Source: a virus
Taxonomy: Duplodnaviria > Caudoviricetes
Virus record (IMG/VR): IMGVR_UViG_3300029267_004155
Length of the DNA stretch: 64,000 nt
Strand: one strand, 5' to 3'
Of this stretch, positions 7,972 through 14,366 are shown piece after piece; positions within the stretch are counted from its first letter, which is position 1, and every line of letters starts with the position of its first letter. Below the pieces are notes generated by a model. That model was not told the DNA's origin and searched no databases. It was given only the letters and a program-made list of their open reading frames with translations. A program made the translations under genes and the position numbers.

Positions 7972-8003
7972 CGGGCCGGTTCTCGGAAAAATCTCCGAGG
8001 GGG

Positions 8004-8033
8004 CTGGTAAGACTGGCGTTGACGGCGTATGAT
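8004..8033 (+). promoter_or_regulatory. sigma70-like promoter for tRNA block 2
   Basis: CTGGTA-N18-TATGAT with the GGCG pre -10 context shared by other promoters here. Confidence 0.65.
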
Positions 8034-8048
8034 AATAGGCAAGGAGCA

Positions 8049-8129
8049 ATGTACTCAATGAACCCGATGGCCAGACACGAAGCGATCGAGCAGCCCGCGA
8101 ACGCGGGTGCCGGGGGTGCTGTGTTCTGA
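8049..8129 (+). CDS. leader peptide 2 (MYSMNPMARHEAIEQPANAGAGGAVF), putative attenuator
   Basis: AAGGAG RBS; GGGTGCCGGGGGT (8105-8117) is the perfect 13-nt complement of terminator arm 8147-8159; codons match block-2 tRNAs. Confidence 0.8.
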   Translation: MYSMNPMARHEAIEQPANAGAGGAVF

Positions 8130-8145
8130 CCCTGATAGGTCCAAG

Positions 8146-8186
8146 GACCCCCGGCACCCCGAAAAGGGCGTCGGGGGTTTTTCTTT
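8146..8186 (+). terminator. intrinsic terminator (attenuator 2)
   Basis: GACCCCCGGCACCCC-GAAAA-GGGCGTCGGGGGTT plus T-tract. Confidence 0.85.
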
Positions 8187-8222
8187 GGAGTCGAGAGAAG
8201 GAGGGCGAGTCACGAGCAGGAC

Positions 8223-8300
8223 GGGCCGGTAGCTCAGTTGGCTAAGAGCACCTGACTTGCAATCAGGATGTCCAGGGTTCGATCCCCTGTCGGTCCACCA
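8223..8300 (+). tRNA. tRNA-Ala(TGC)
   Basis: Cloverleaf, G3:U70, CCA. Confidence 0.94.
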
Positions 8301-8311
8301 ACAATTCAGAT

Positions 8312-8389
8312 GCGCCTCGGAGCTCGGTCAGGAAGAGCGCCCGGTCGTGGCCCGGGAGGCCGCGGGTTCGAGTCCCGTCGGGGCGCCCA
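8312..8389 (+). tRNA. tRNA-His(GTG)
   Basis: G-1:C73, CCA; C33. Confidence 0.85.
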
Positions 8390-8398
8390 GGATCATGC

Positions 8399-8476
8399 GG
8401 TGGCGTAGCTTAGTTGGCCGAAAGCGCTGTCCTGTCACGGCAGAGAACGAGGGTTCAAATCCCTTCGTCACCGCCA
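8399..8476 (+). tRNA. tRNA-Asp(GTC)
   Basis: Cloverleaf, G73-CCA. Confidence 0.92.
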
Positions 8477-8483
8477 ATATCAC

Positions 8484-8559
8484 GGCCACGTAGCTCAGCG
8501 GCAGGAGCGTCCGGTCCACACCCGGATGGTCGAAGGTTCGAGTCCTTCCGTGGTCACCA
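8484..8559 (+). tRNA. tRNA-Val(CAC)
   Basis: Cloverleaf with CCA; C33. Confidence 0.87.
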
Positions 8560-8565
8560 GTTCGA

Positions 8566-8639
8566 TGCCCGGTGGTGTAATGGCAGCACAGCTGGTTCTG
8601 GCCCAGTCGGTCAGGGTTCGAGTCCTTGCCGGGCAGCCA
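8566..8639 (+). tRNA. tRNA-Gln(CTG)
   Basis: U1:A72, cloverleaf, CCA. Confidence 0.93.
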
Positions 8640-8647
8640 GATATCGA

Positions 8648-8724
8648 GCGCCCGTAGCTCAGGGGATACGAGCAGCGCACTTCTAATGCGCGGGTCGAAG
8701 GTTCGAATCCTTCCGGGCGTGCCA
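8648..8724 (+). tRNA. tRNA-Arg(TCT)
   Basis: Cloverleaf with CCA. Confidence 0.93.
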
Positions 8725-8726
8725 AT

Positions 8727-8803
8727 GGGCGGTTAGTTCAGATGGCTAGAACGTCAGCTCGACATGCTGAAGGTTGCGAGTTCGAGTCTCGCACCGCCCA
8801 CCA
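8727..8803 (+). tRNA. tRNA-Val(GAC)
   Basis: Cloverleaf with CCA; C33. Confidence 0.88.
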
Positions 8804-8834
8804 TCAGTCAAGGAGAGAGGCGAGAGCAACATGT

Positions 8835-8911
8835 CGGCCCATAGCTCAGTTGGTAAGAGCGAACGGCTGATAACCGTTAGGTCGGAGGTTCGATTCCTCC
8901 TGGGCCGACCA
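8835..8911 (+). tRNA. tRNA-Ile(GAT)
   Basis: Cloverleaf with CCA. Confidence 0.94.
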
Positions 8912-8925
8912 ACAATTGAATATGT

Positions 8926-9000
8926 GTCCCCATCGTCTAGCGGCCAGGATGCGAGGCCCTCAACCTCGTGACGCCGGTTCGAGTCCGGCTGGGGATGCCA
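8926..9000 (+). tRNA. tRNA-Glu(CTC)
   Basis: Cloverleaf with CCA; C33. Confidence 0.9.
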
Positions 9001-9112
9001 GGATTGAGGGCTGCAATATGGCCGGAAAGCAAGTCGCGGGCTTTGCCGAGTTCCAAGACGCGCAGAAGCGGGTAGACGGCAGTCCTGGGGGAGCGGCAAA
9101 CTCCCCCGAACT

Positions 9113-9189
9113 CGGGATGTGGCTCAGTCTGGTAGAGCGTCCGGCTGGGGGCCGGAAGGTCGCAGGTTCGATTCCTGCCATCCCGACCA
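9113..9189 (+). tRNA. tRNA-Pro(GGG)
   Basis: Cloverleaf with CCA. Confidence 0.94.
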
Positions 9190-9199
9190 TAGACTTGAG

Positions 9200-9278
9200 A
9201 GCGGGGTGAATGTCGATTTGGTAAGACGCCAGGCTCATAACCTGGAGCATGTGGGTTCAACTCCCACCCCCGCCACCA
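9200..9278 (+). tRNA. tRNA-fMet(CAT), initiator-type
   Basis: A1xC72 mismatch, CAT anticodon, CCA. Confidence 0.82.
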
Positions 9279-9343
9279 ATATCGGGACGTGACGAGCGGT
9301 TTGACTCCGTCGCCTGAAGCGTGAATGGGCAAGCGTCCCACTT

Positions 9344-9418
9344 GGCCCCATCGTCTAGTGGCAAGGACGTCGGGTTTTCATCCCGGAGACGGGGGTTCGA
9401 TTCCCCCTGGGGCTACCA
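9344..9418 (+). tRNA. tRNA-Glu(TTC)
   Basis: Cloverleaf with CCA. Confidence 0.93.
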
Positions 9419-9426
9419 GTTTTAGA

Positions 9427-9498
9427 TGGCCCGTAGCTCAGCGGTAGAGCATGCGACTCATAATTGCGGGGTCCTCGGTTCAATCCCGAGCGGGCCAA
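9427..9498 (+). tRNA. tRNA-Ile2/Met(CAT)
   Basis: Cloverleaf; anticodon arm GCGA-CTCATAA-TTGC resembles Ile2; ends CTA rather than CCA. Confidence 0.8.
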
Positions 9499-9667
9499 CT
9501 AGTTTTTTGTTGCGATGATGGCCGGTACCGGCGAGGGAAAGTCATCAGATGGGCGCCAACCGGGTATTGCTCGGAAGAAGGCACTGTCGGAAATCGGTGG
9601 TGGGGTGACGTCCGAAGCCGCCGTTCGCCGACGCCCGTTCCGTCTGGCGGCGGCCGCGACATCTTAT

Positions 9668-9744
9668 CGGGATGTGGCTCAGTCTGGTAGAGCGCCTCGT
9701 TCGGGGCGAGGAAGCCGGAGGTTCAAATCCTCTCATCCCGACCA
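9668..9744 (+). tRNA. tRNA-Pro(CGG)
   Basis: Cloverleaf with CCA. Confidence 0.94.
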
Positions 9745-9749
9745 GTTTT

Positions 9750-9826
9750 CGGGCGGTGGCGCAGTTTGGAAGCGCGCGGCGTTTGGGGCGCTGAGGTCGC
9801 CGGTTCGAGCCCGGCCCGCCCGACCA
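9750..9826 (+). tRNA. tRNA-Pro(TGG)
   Basis: Cloverleaf with CCA. Confidence 0.92.
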
Positions 9827-10006
9827 GTCTCGGGATGTGTCCAGACGTGGAGAAACTGGACCGCAAAAACAAAAAACTCTCGCAGTAACGAGACCCGAAA
9901 GGGATAGGAAGTGAGGAAACTGCGTCAACAACACTCGGCCTCCGTAGCTCTGGGCGCTTACACCTACGGACCTTTTCGCAGGCAGGAAGATGGAGGAAGA
10001 CGATTG

Positions 10007-10894
10007 ATGGACCTGATAGTGGAAACCGACATCGGGCACGATCCCGACGACTACTTCACGCTGTGCCACCTGCACGCCGCGGGTGTCAGGATCAGGGCGA
10101 TCCTCGTCTCTCCCGGACACCGGTACCAGGTCGCCATCGCGAGGGCCTTCTGCGCGGAGGTCGGCCTGGATGTCCCTGTCGGGATCGCGAAGGAGACGAG
10201 CGTCGTCAAGACCGGAGGGACGTCGTTCCACATGGCGCTCCTGAGGAAGATGGGACATCCGACCGAGGCGGACCCCGACGGCTTCGGCCACGAGCTTCTG
10301 GGCGGGGTTCTCGAGGACCATCCGGACAGCGACGTCTTCATCTGCGGGCCGGTGAAGAACGTGGGCCGCTACATGATCGAGCATCCGGAGAGGGAGTTCG
10401 GGCGGGTCACGATGCAGGGTGGCTTTCTGGGATACGACCTTCATGGCCATGACGTCGAGAGGCTTCCCAAGTTCAAGGGCAAGGTGGCCGTGCCTACCTT
10501 CAACTTGAACGGGTCGAAGGACGAGGGCTTGTTCCTGGCGTCGCGGGCGAAGGTCGGGGACCTGAGGTTCGTCGGCAAGAACGTCTGTCACACGATCCTG
10601 TACGACAGGGCGAGGCACGAGTGGATGAGGCGCAGGAAGCCTTCCTGCCGGGCGATGGAGCTGTTCATGGAAGGCATGGACCTCTATCTCTACGGGAAGA
10701 GGCACCGGGAGAAGAAGTTCCACGACCCGACCGCTGCCGTGTGCCATCTGCATCCCGAGATCGGGACCTGGGTTGGCGGAAGGTTGTACCGGGAGGGAGG
10801 CTGGTGGGGGACGAAGGTCGAGGAGGGGACGAACACCAGGGTCTTGGCCGATGTTGACCGGGAGGGGCTTTGGGACTTTATCAGAGGGTGTTAG
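10007..10894 (+). CDS. nucleoside hydrolase-like protein (IU-NH fold)
   Basis: ETDIGHDPDD Asp cluster, GPVKN, MQGG, TFN and HDP motifs. Confidence 0.85.
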   Translation: MDLIVETDIGHDPDDYFTLCHLHAAGVRIRAILVSPGHRYQVAIARAFCAEVGLDVPVGIAKETSVVKTGGTSFHMALLRKMGHPTEADPDGFGHELLGGVLEDHPDSDVFICGPVKNVGRYMIEHPEREFGRVTMQGGFLGYDLHGHDVERLPKFKGKVAVPTFNLNGSKDEGLFLASRAKVGDLRFVGKNVCHTILYDRARHEWMRRRKPSCRAMELFMEGMDLYLYGKRHREKKFHDPTAAVCHLHPEIGTWVGGRLYREGGWWGTKVEEGTNTRVLADVDREGLWDFIRGC

Positions 10895-10913
10895 GGCCCG
10901 TCCGGCCATGGAT

Positions 10914-10987
10914 TGCCCCGTGGTGTAATGGCAGCACAAGTGTCTTTGGAGCACTCGGTTCTGGTTCGAGTCCAGGCGGGGCAGCCA
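10914..10987 (+). tRNA. tRNA-Gln(TTG)
   Basis: Cloverleaf with CCA. Confidence 0.93.
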
Positions 10988-11049
10988 TCTCCTGGGCGCG
11001 GGCAGGCCGGGGCCGGCCTCGATCCCCGTCGGAAAAACCGAGAGGTCGC

Positions 11050-11078
11050 TTGGCAAATTCGGGCGAGCGGCGTATAAT
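11050..11078 (+). promoter_or_regulatory. sigma70-like promoter for tRNA block 3
   Basis: TTGGCA-N17-TATAAT. Confidence 0.8.
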
Positions 11079-11102
11079 AAGGCAACGAAAGGCAACTACG
11101 TC

Positions 11103-11186
11103 ATGCTGACGGGAACCACAACGAAAGACAATACCTGGGGCGGCAAGCCCGCCCACGGGGGTCTTTCGCTTGGAGTTCAAGCGTAG
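11103..11186 (+). CDS. leader peptide 3 (MLTGTTTKDNTWGGKPAHGGLSLGVQA), putative attenuator
   Basis: GAAAGG RBS; CGGGGGTCT (11156-11164) complementary to terminator arm AGACCCCCG (11207-11215); codons match block-3 tRNAs. Confidence 0.78.
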   Translation: MLTGTTTKDNTWGGKPAHGGLSLGVQA

Positions 11187-11206
11187 ACGGTGGCGAGCGC
11201 GCTGTG

Positions 11207-11243
11207 AGACCCCCGGCCCGAAAGGGCGCGGGGGTTTTTCTTT
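11207..11243 (+). terminator. intrinsic terminator (attenuator 3)
   Basis: GACCCCCG-GCCC-GAAA-GGGC-G-CGGGGGTT plus T-tract abutting tRNA-Gly. Confidence 0.85.
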
Positions 11244-11319
11244 GCGGCAGTAGCTCAGTCGGAAGAGCACCTGCTTGCCAAGCAGGAGGCCACGGGTTCG
11301 AGCCCCGTCTGTCGCACCA
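11244..11319 (+). tRNA. tRNA-Gly(GCC)
   Basis: Cloverleaf with CCA; A73. Confidence 0.92.
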
Positions 11320-11330
11320 GGTTTCATGAT

Positions 11331-11407
11331 AGGTCCGTAGCTCAATCGGCTAGAGCACCGGTCTCCAAAACCGGCGGTTCTCGGTTCGACCCCGAGCGGG
11401 CCTGCCA
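11331..11407 (+). tRNA. tRNA-Trp(CCA)
   Basis: Cloverleaf, G73-CCA. Confidence 0.93.
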
Positions 11408-11411
11408 AGAA

Positions 11412-11487
11412 CGGCTCGTAGCTCAGTTGGTAGAGCATCCGCCTTTTAAGCGGAACGCCGAGGGTTCGAGTCCCTCCGAGCCGACCA
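11412..11487 (+). tRNA. tRNA-Lys(TTT)
   Basis: Cloverleaf with CCA. Confidence 0.93.
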
Positions 11488-11501
11488 GAAATTCGGAGCG
11501 A

Positions 11502-11540
11502 GTGGAAAACCTTGCTCGTTCGGCAATGTAGGGTGGAGAC
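11502..11540 (+). promoter_or_regulatory. conserved motif copy 1 (GTGGAAAA-N12-GGCAAT..GGG)
   Basis: One of 9 copies with invariant spacing. Confidence 0.75.
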
Positions 11541-11568
11541 GAGGTTCAACAGAAGGAGATGTGATCGA

Positions 11569-11642
11569 GGTTCCGTAGCTTAGAGGTAGAGCGGGCGGCT
11601 CGGACCGCGTGGCCGCAGGTTCGAGCCCTGCCGGGACCTCCA
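11569..11642 (+). ncRNA. tRNA-like RNA with 6-nt anticodon loop
   Basis: Intact acceptor, D and T arms plus CCA; GCGG-CTCGGA-CCGC. Confidence 0.7.
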
Positions 11643-11663
11643 ACTCGACAGGAGAGTCTATTC

Positions 11664-11740
11664 GCACCCGTAGCTCAGTTGGCTAGAGCGGCTGACTCTT
11701 AATCAGCAGGTTCTCGGTTCGAACCCGAGCGGGTGTGCCA
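11664..11740 (+). tRNA. tRNA-Lys(CTT)
   Basis: Cloverleaf with CCA. Confidence 0.94.
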
Positions 11741-11751
11741 ACAATTCAGAT

Positions 11752-11847
11752 GCCGATGTGGTGTAATGGTAGCACACCGGGTAAACCGGAGGTTTTCCTC
11801 GATCAGCGCGCGTAGTCGAGGCGGTTCAAGTCCAGACATCGGCTCCA
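11752..11847 (+). ncRNA. tRNA-like RNA with shortened anticodon arm and a hairpin inserted at the T-stem
   Basis: GCCGATG/CATCGGC-T-CCA, canonical D-arm, CCGG-GTAAA-CCGG, extra CCTCGAT/GTCGAGG hairpin. Confidence 0.7.
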
Positions 11848-11965
11848 ACAACTTAGGCGACACCTGCCTGTCCGAAGAAGGTCCGGCGACGAGCGGGGAC
11901 GAACCCGTGGACGACCAGGCTGGAGGAGAAGTGGTGTGACTCGGGTGAGAGCAGGCCCGCATTAA

Positions 11966-12042
11966 GCCCGGATAGCTCAGTGGCTAAGAGCAGCCGATTC
12001 GTAATCGGCAGGTCGAGGGTTCGAGTCCCTCTCTGGGCTCCA
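11966..12042 (+). tRNA. tRNA-Thr(CGT)
   Basis: Cloverleaf with CCA. Confidence 0.93.
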
Positions 12043-12045
12043 GAC

Positions 12046-12119
12046 TCCCCCATGGTGTAATGGTAGCACGTAGGACTGTTAATCCTTTGGTCCTGGTTCG
12101 AGTCCAGGTGGGGGAACCA
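12046..12119 (+). tRNA. tRNA-Asn(GTT)
   Basis: Cloverleaf with CCA. Confidence 0.92.
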
Positions 12120-12169
12120 ACTCAAGCCGGGTCGACGAGATCGGCCGTCAGGGAAAAGGAGGCAGGGAC

Positions 12170-13612
12170 ATGAAGAGGGAAGAGACGATTCGGAAGCTGT
12201 ACGAGTGCGTTCAGACGCGTCCGCGTCCGGAGGATGTTGCCGAGGTCGTGCTGGAGGCATTGCTTCCGCGGCTGTCGCTGGCCCAGAGGAACGTCTTGAA
12301 GCAGGCGACCAGGATCTCGACGAGGAGCCACCTCCTGGGCTACTCGTCCATGGCCGCGGACTTCCATCGCCCGACGGGCATGGAGAAGCCGGTCAAGGTG
12401 GCGTCCGAGCTCTTCTCCGTTCCGATGCTGTCGGTGGAGGAGTGCCTCGACCCGGAGAGGGTGGAGGTCTTCGTCCAGGGCGTGTCGTCGGCCATCGGCA
12501 AGAGCTACGGGCAGTCCGACTTCCTGAAGCACCGGATGAACCGGGAGCAGCGGGCGCAGGCGGGCCTCGACATGGGGCACCGCGCCTACAACAAGCGCTT
12601 CAGGCTCCTGGGCCGGATGGAGTCCAAGCTCCTGAGGATGGTCCGCGAGCGGAAGAAGTACGTCCTGACCCGGATCGGCAAGAGCGGCTTCGCCGTGGAG
12701 ATCGACTTCGACGACTTCTCCGCCGACCTGGGCACGGCCTGCTTCGTGGCGTACATGAGCGCGAGGATGAGCCTTCGGAGCACCTTCACGAACGACTCCC
12801 AGGTTCGGGCCTTCGACGTGGTGGCCAAGATGCTGTACGACCGCCTGACCAAGTCCAACACGGCCAGGTGGGACGTCGTGGCCGCCGTCTATCCGGTGGA
12901 CAGGGTCCTGAGGCTCCTGACGGACTACCAGAAGGGCGCCATGCTCGCGAGGGCGTGGGGTCTCCTGGAGGACGCGTGCGACCTTCTCACGGAGGTCTGG
13001 GAGGGTTCCGGCGGCGGCATCGACCTGGAGAGGATGGTGGTGCGGCGCGGGTGCGACTCGTCGACGTGGAACCAGTCGGCCGGCGGGTGGAACAAGGCCC
13101 GGGACCACTGGGTGTCGATGCTTCACGCCATGGGCATGGGCTCCATGCTTGAGGCCCTGTGCCCGGGCAAGGTCATGAGGCTGATGGCGGCGGACGTGGT
13201 CCGTTGGCACCTGGCCTCGGGCGGCGACGTCCATCCGGGGACCAAGGTGTGGGCTGAGCTTCCGTACCCGTGGGACGTCGTCGCGGGCAAGGAGCGGTGC
13301 ACGAAGGAGATGGTGGTGGCCGCGTGCGAGAGGCACGGCGTCGAGCCGGCGTCCTGGGTCGGGCCGAGGAGGCGTGCCCGGGCCGTGGAGTTCACGCCGA
13401 CCCCCGAGCTGGTGCACGGCGTCGCCGTGTCGAGCCCGGGACTGGCTCTCGCCCTGCGGAGGGCCGGGGTCTTCTCGGCCAAGGCCCTCAGGGCCGAGCA
13501 TCTCCCGGCCGGCGGCTTCCATGTCGACAGGGACGGCGACGGCTTCGCGCTCGGGGCGACCGACGCGAATTCTCACGGGTCGGGCCGGAAGGTCCGGGCC
13601 GCGGGCGTATAG
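12170..13612 (+). CDS. hypothetical protein embedded in the tRNA array
   Basis: 480 aa, AGGAGG RBS, typical codon usage; no function recognised. Confidence 0.85.
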   Translation: MKREETIRKLYECVQTRPRPEDVAEVVLEALLPRLSLAQRNVLKQATRISTRSHLLGYSSMAADFHRPTGMEKPVKVASELFSVPMLSVEECLDPERVEVFVQGVSSAIGKSYGQSDFLKHRMNREQRAQAGLDMGHRAYNKRFRLLGRMESKLLRMVRERKKYVLTRIGKSGFAVEIDFDDFSADLGTACFVAYMSARMSLRSTFTNDSQVRAFDVVAKMLYDRLTKSNTARWDVVAAVYPVDRVLRLLTDYQKGAMLARAWGLLEDACDLLTEVWEGSGGGIDLERMVVRRGCDSSTWNQSAGGWNKARDHWVSMLHAMGMGSMLEALCPGKVMRLMAADVVRWHLASGGDVHPGTKVWAELPYPWDVVAGKERCTKEMVVAACERHGVEPASWVGPRRRARAVEFTPTPELVHGVAVSSPGLALALRRAGVFSAKALRAEHLPAGGFHVDRDGDGFALGATDANSHGSGRKVRAAGV

Positions 13613-13625
13613 TAGGAGTGGATGC

Positions 13626-13702
13626 AGGTGTGTAGCTCAGTGGTAGAGCGTCCCGGCTCTTTTTCCGGGAGGACGCAGGTTCGAGCCCTGCCTCACCTGC
13701 CA
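13626..13702 (+). ncRNA. tRNA-like RNA with 6-bp stem and 8-nt anticodon loop (copy A)
   Basis: TCCCGG-CTCTTTTT-CCGGGA, canonical D and T arms, GCCA end. Confidence 0.7.
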
Positions 13703-13709
13703 ATCTTGT

Positions 13710-13787
13710 CTCGACGTAGCTCAGTGGTAGAGCGTCCCGGCTCTTTTTCCGGGAGGACGCAGGTTCGAGCCCTGTCGTTCGAGGCCA
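13710..13787 (+). ncRNA. tRNA-like RNA with 8-nt anticodon loop (copy B, different acceptor stem)
   Basis: 59-nt exact repeat of copy A body (13632-13690 = 13716-13774); bulged acceptor, GCCA end. Confidence 0.65.
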
Positions 13788-13895
13788 TTTGGTTTTCGAC
13801 CCCTGTCGGTTCGACTCCGACGTCCGGCTCCTATACTAGTTGCACGGGAGGCGGCCACACCGGTTGGAAGGGTGGGCCCGGGGGTCTTTCTTGAC

Positions 13896-13965
13896 GTCCC
13901 CGGCTCAATGGAGAGCTGGGCACTTGTGGCGCCCAGACGCCAGTTCGATTCTGGCAGGGGCTCCA
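13896..13965 (+). pseudogene. degenerate compact tRNA-like element
   Basis: T-arm GCCAG-TTCGATT-CTGGC, TCCA end, shortened acceptor/D linker; anticodon ambiguous (TGT or GTG). Confidence 0.55.
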
Positions 13966-14138
13966 TCCTCCGTTCCGCGTCCCTGGTCCGAGCCCGAGGG
14001 CAGGCCGCGTCTTTCTTCTCCTCCTTGGCGGCGTATAATCCCATGACGAATCATGGAGGGCGCTGACGACGTAGAATGGGATGGAGAGCTTTGCGGACTG
14101 GTGGCGGTAGCCAGAGAGCGAGAACAAGGAGATGCGAG

Positions 14139-14354
14139 ATGATCTATCGGGGCAAATGGTTCACGGTGAGGGTCGAGGAGCTGGCGGAGGTTGGCGTCTC
14201 GACGTCGCAGGGGAACAAGGGTGAGGTCGTGCGCGGGCTGCACGTGACGCACAGGTCGGGGACGCAGAACCGGACGTCTTACGCCGACGAGGCGGAGCTC
14301 ATGAGGGACTACGAGGGGCTCGCCGCGGCCATGGAGAAGGTGGACGACAAGTAG
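14139..14354 (+). CDS. hypothetical protein
   Basis: AAGGAG RBS; TATAAT at 14034. Confidence 0.65.
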   Translation: MIYRGKWFTVRVEELAEVGVSTSQGNKGEVVRGLHVTHRSGTQNRTSYADEAELMRDYEGLAAAMEKVDDK

Positions 14355-14366
14355 GAGGGGAGAGCC

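Noticed and set aside
9517-9667. RNase P RNA (GAGGGAAAGTC resembles GAGGAAAGTCC)
   Set aside because: Too short and no complementary P4 3' strand; kept only as an unknown structured RNA
9860-9925. Hammerhead ribozyme
   Set aside because: The CUGANGA core is absent
4165-13894. ORFs overlapping tRNA genes
   Set aside because: Explained by tRNA cloverleaves; no coding signal
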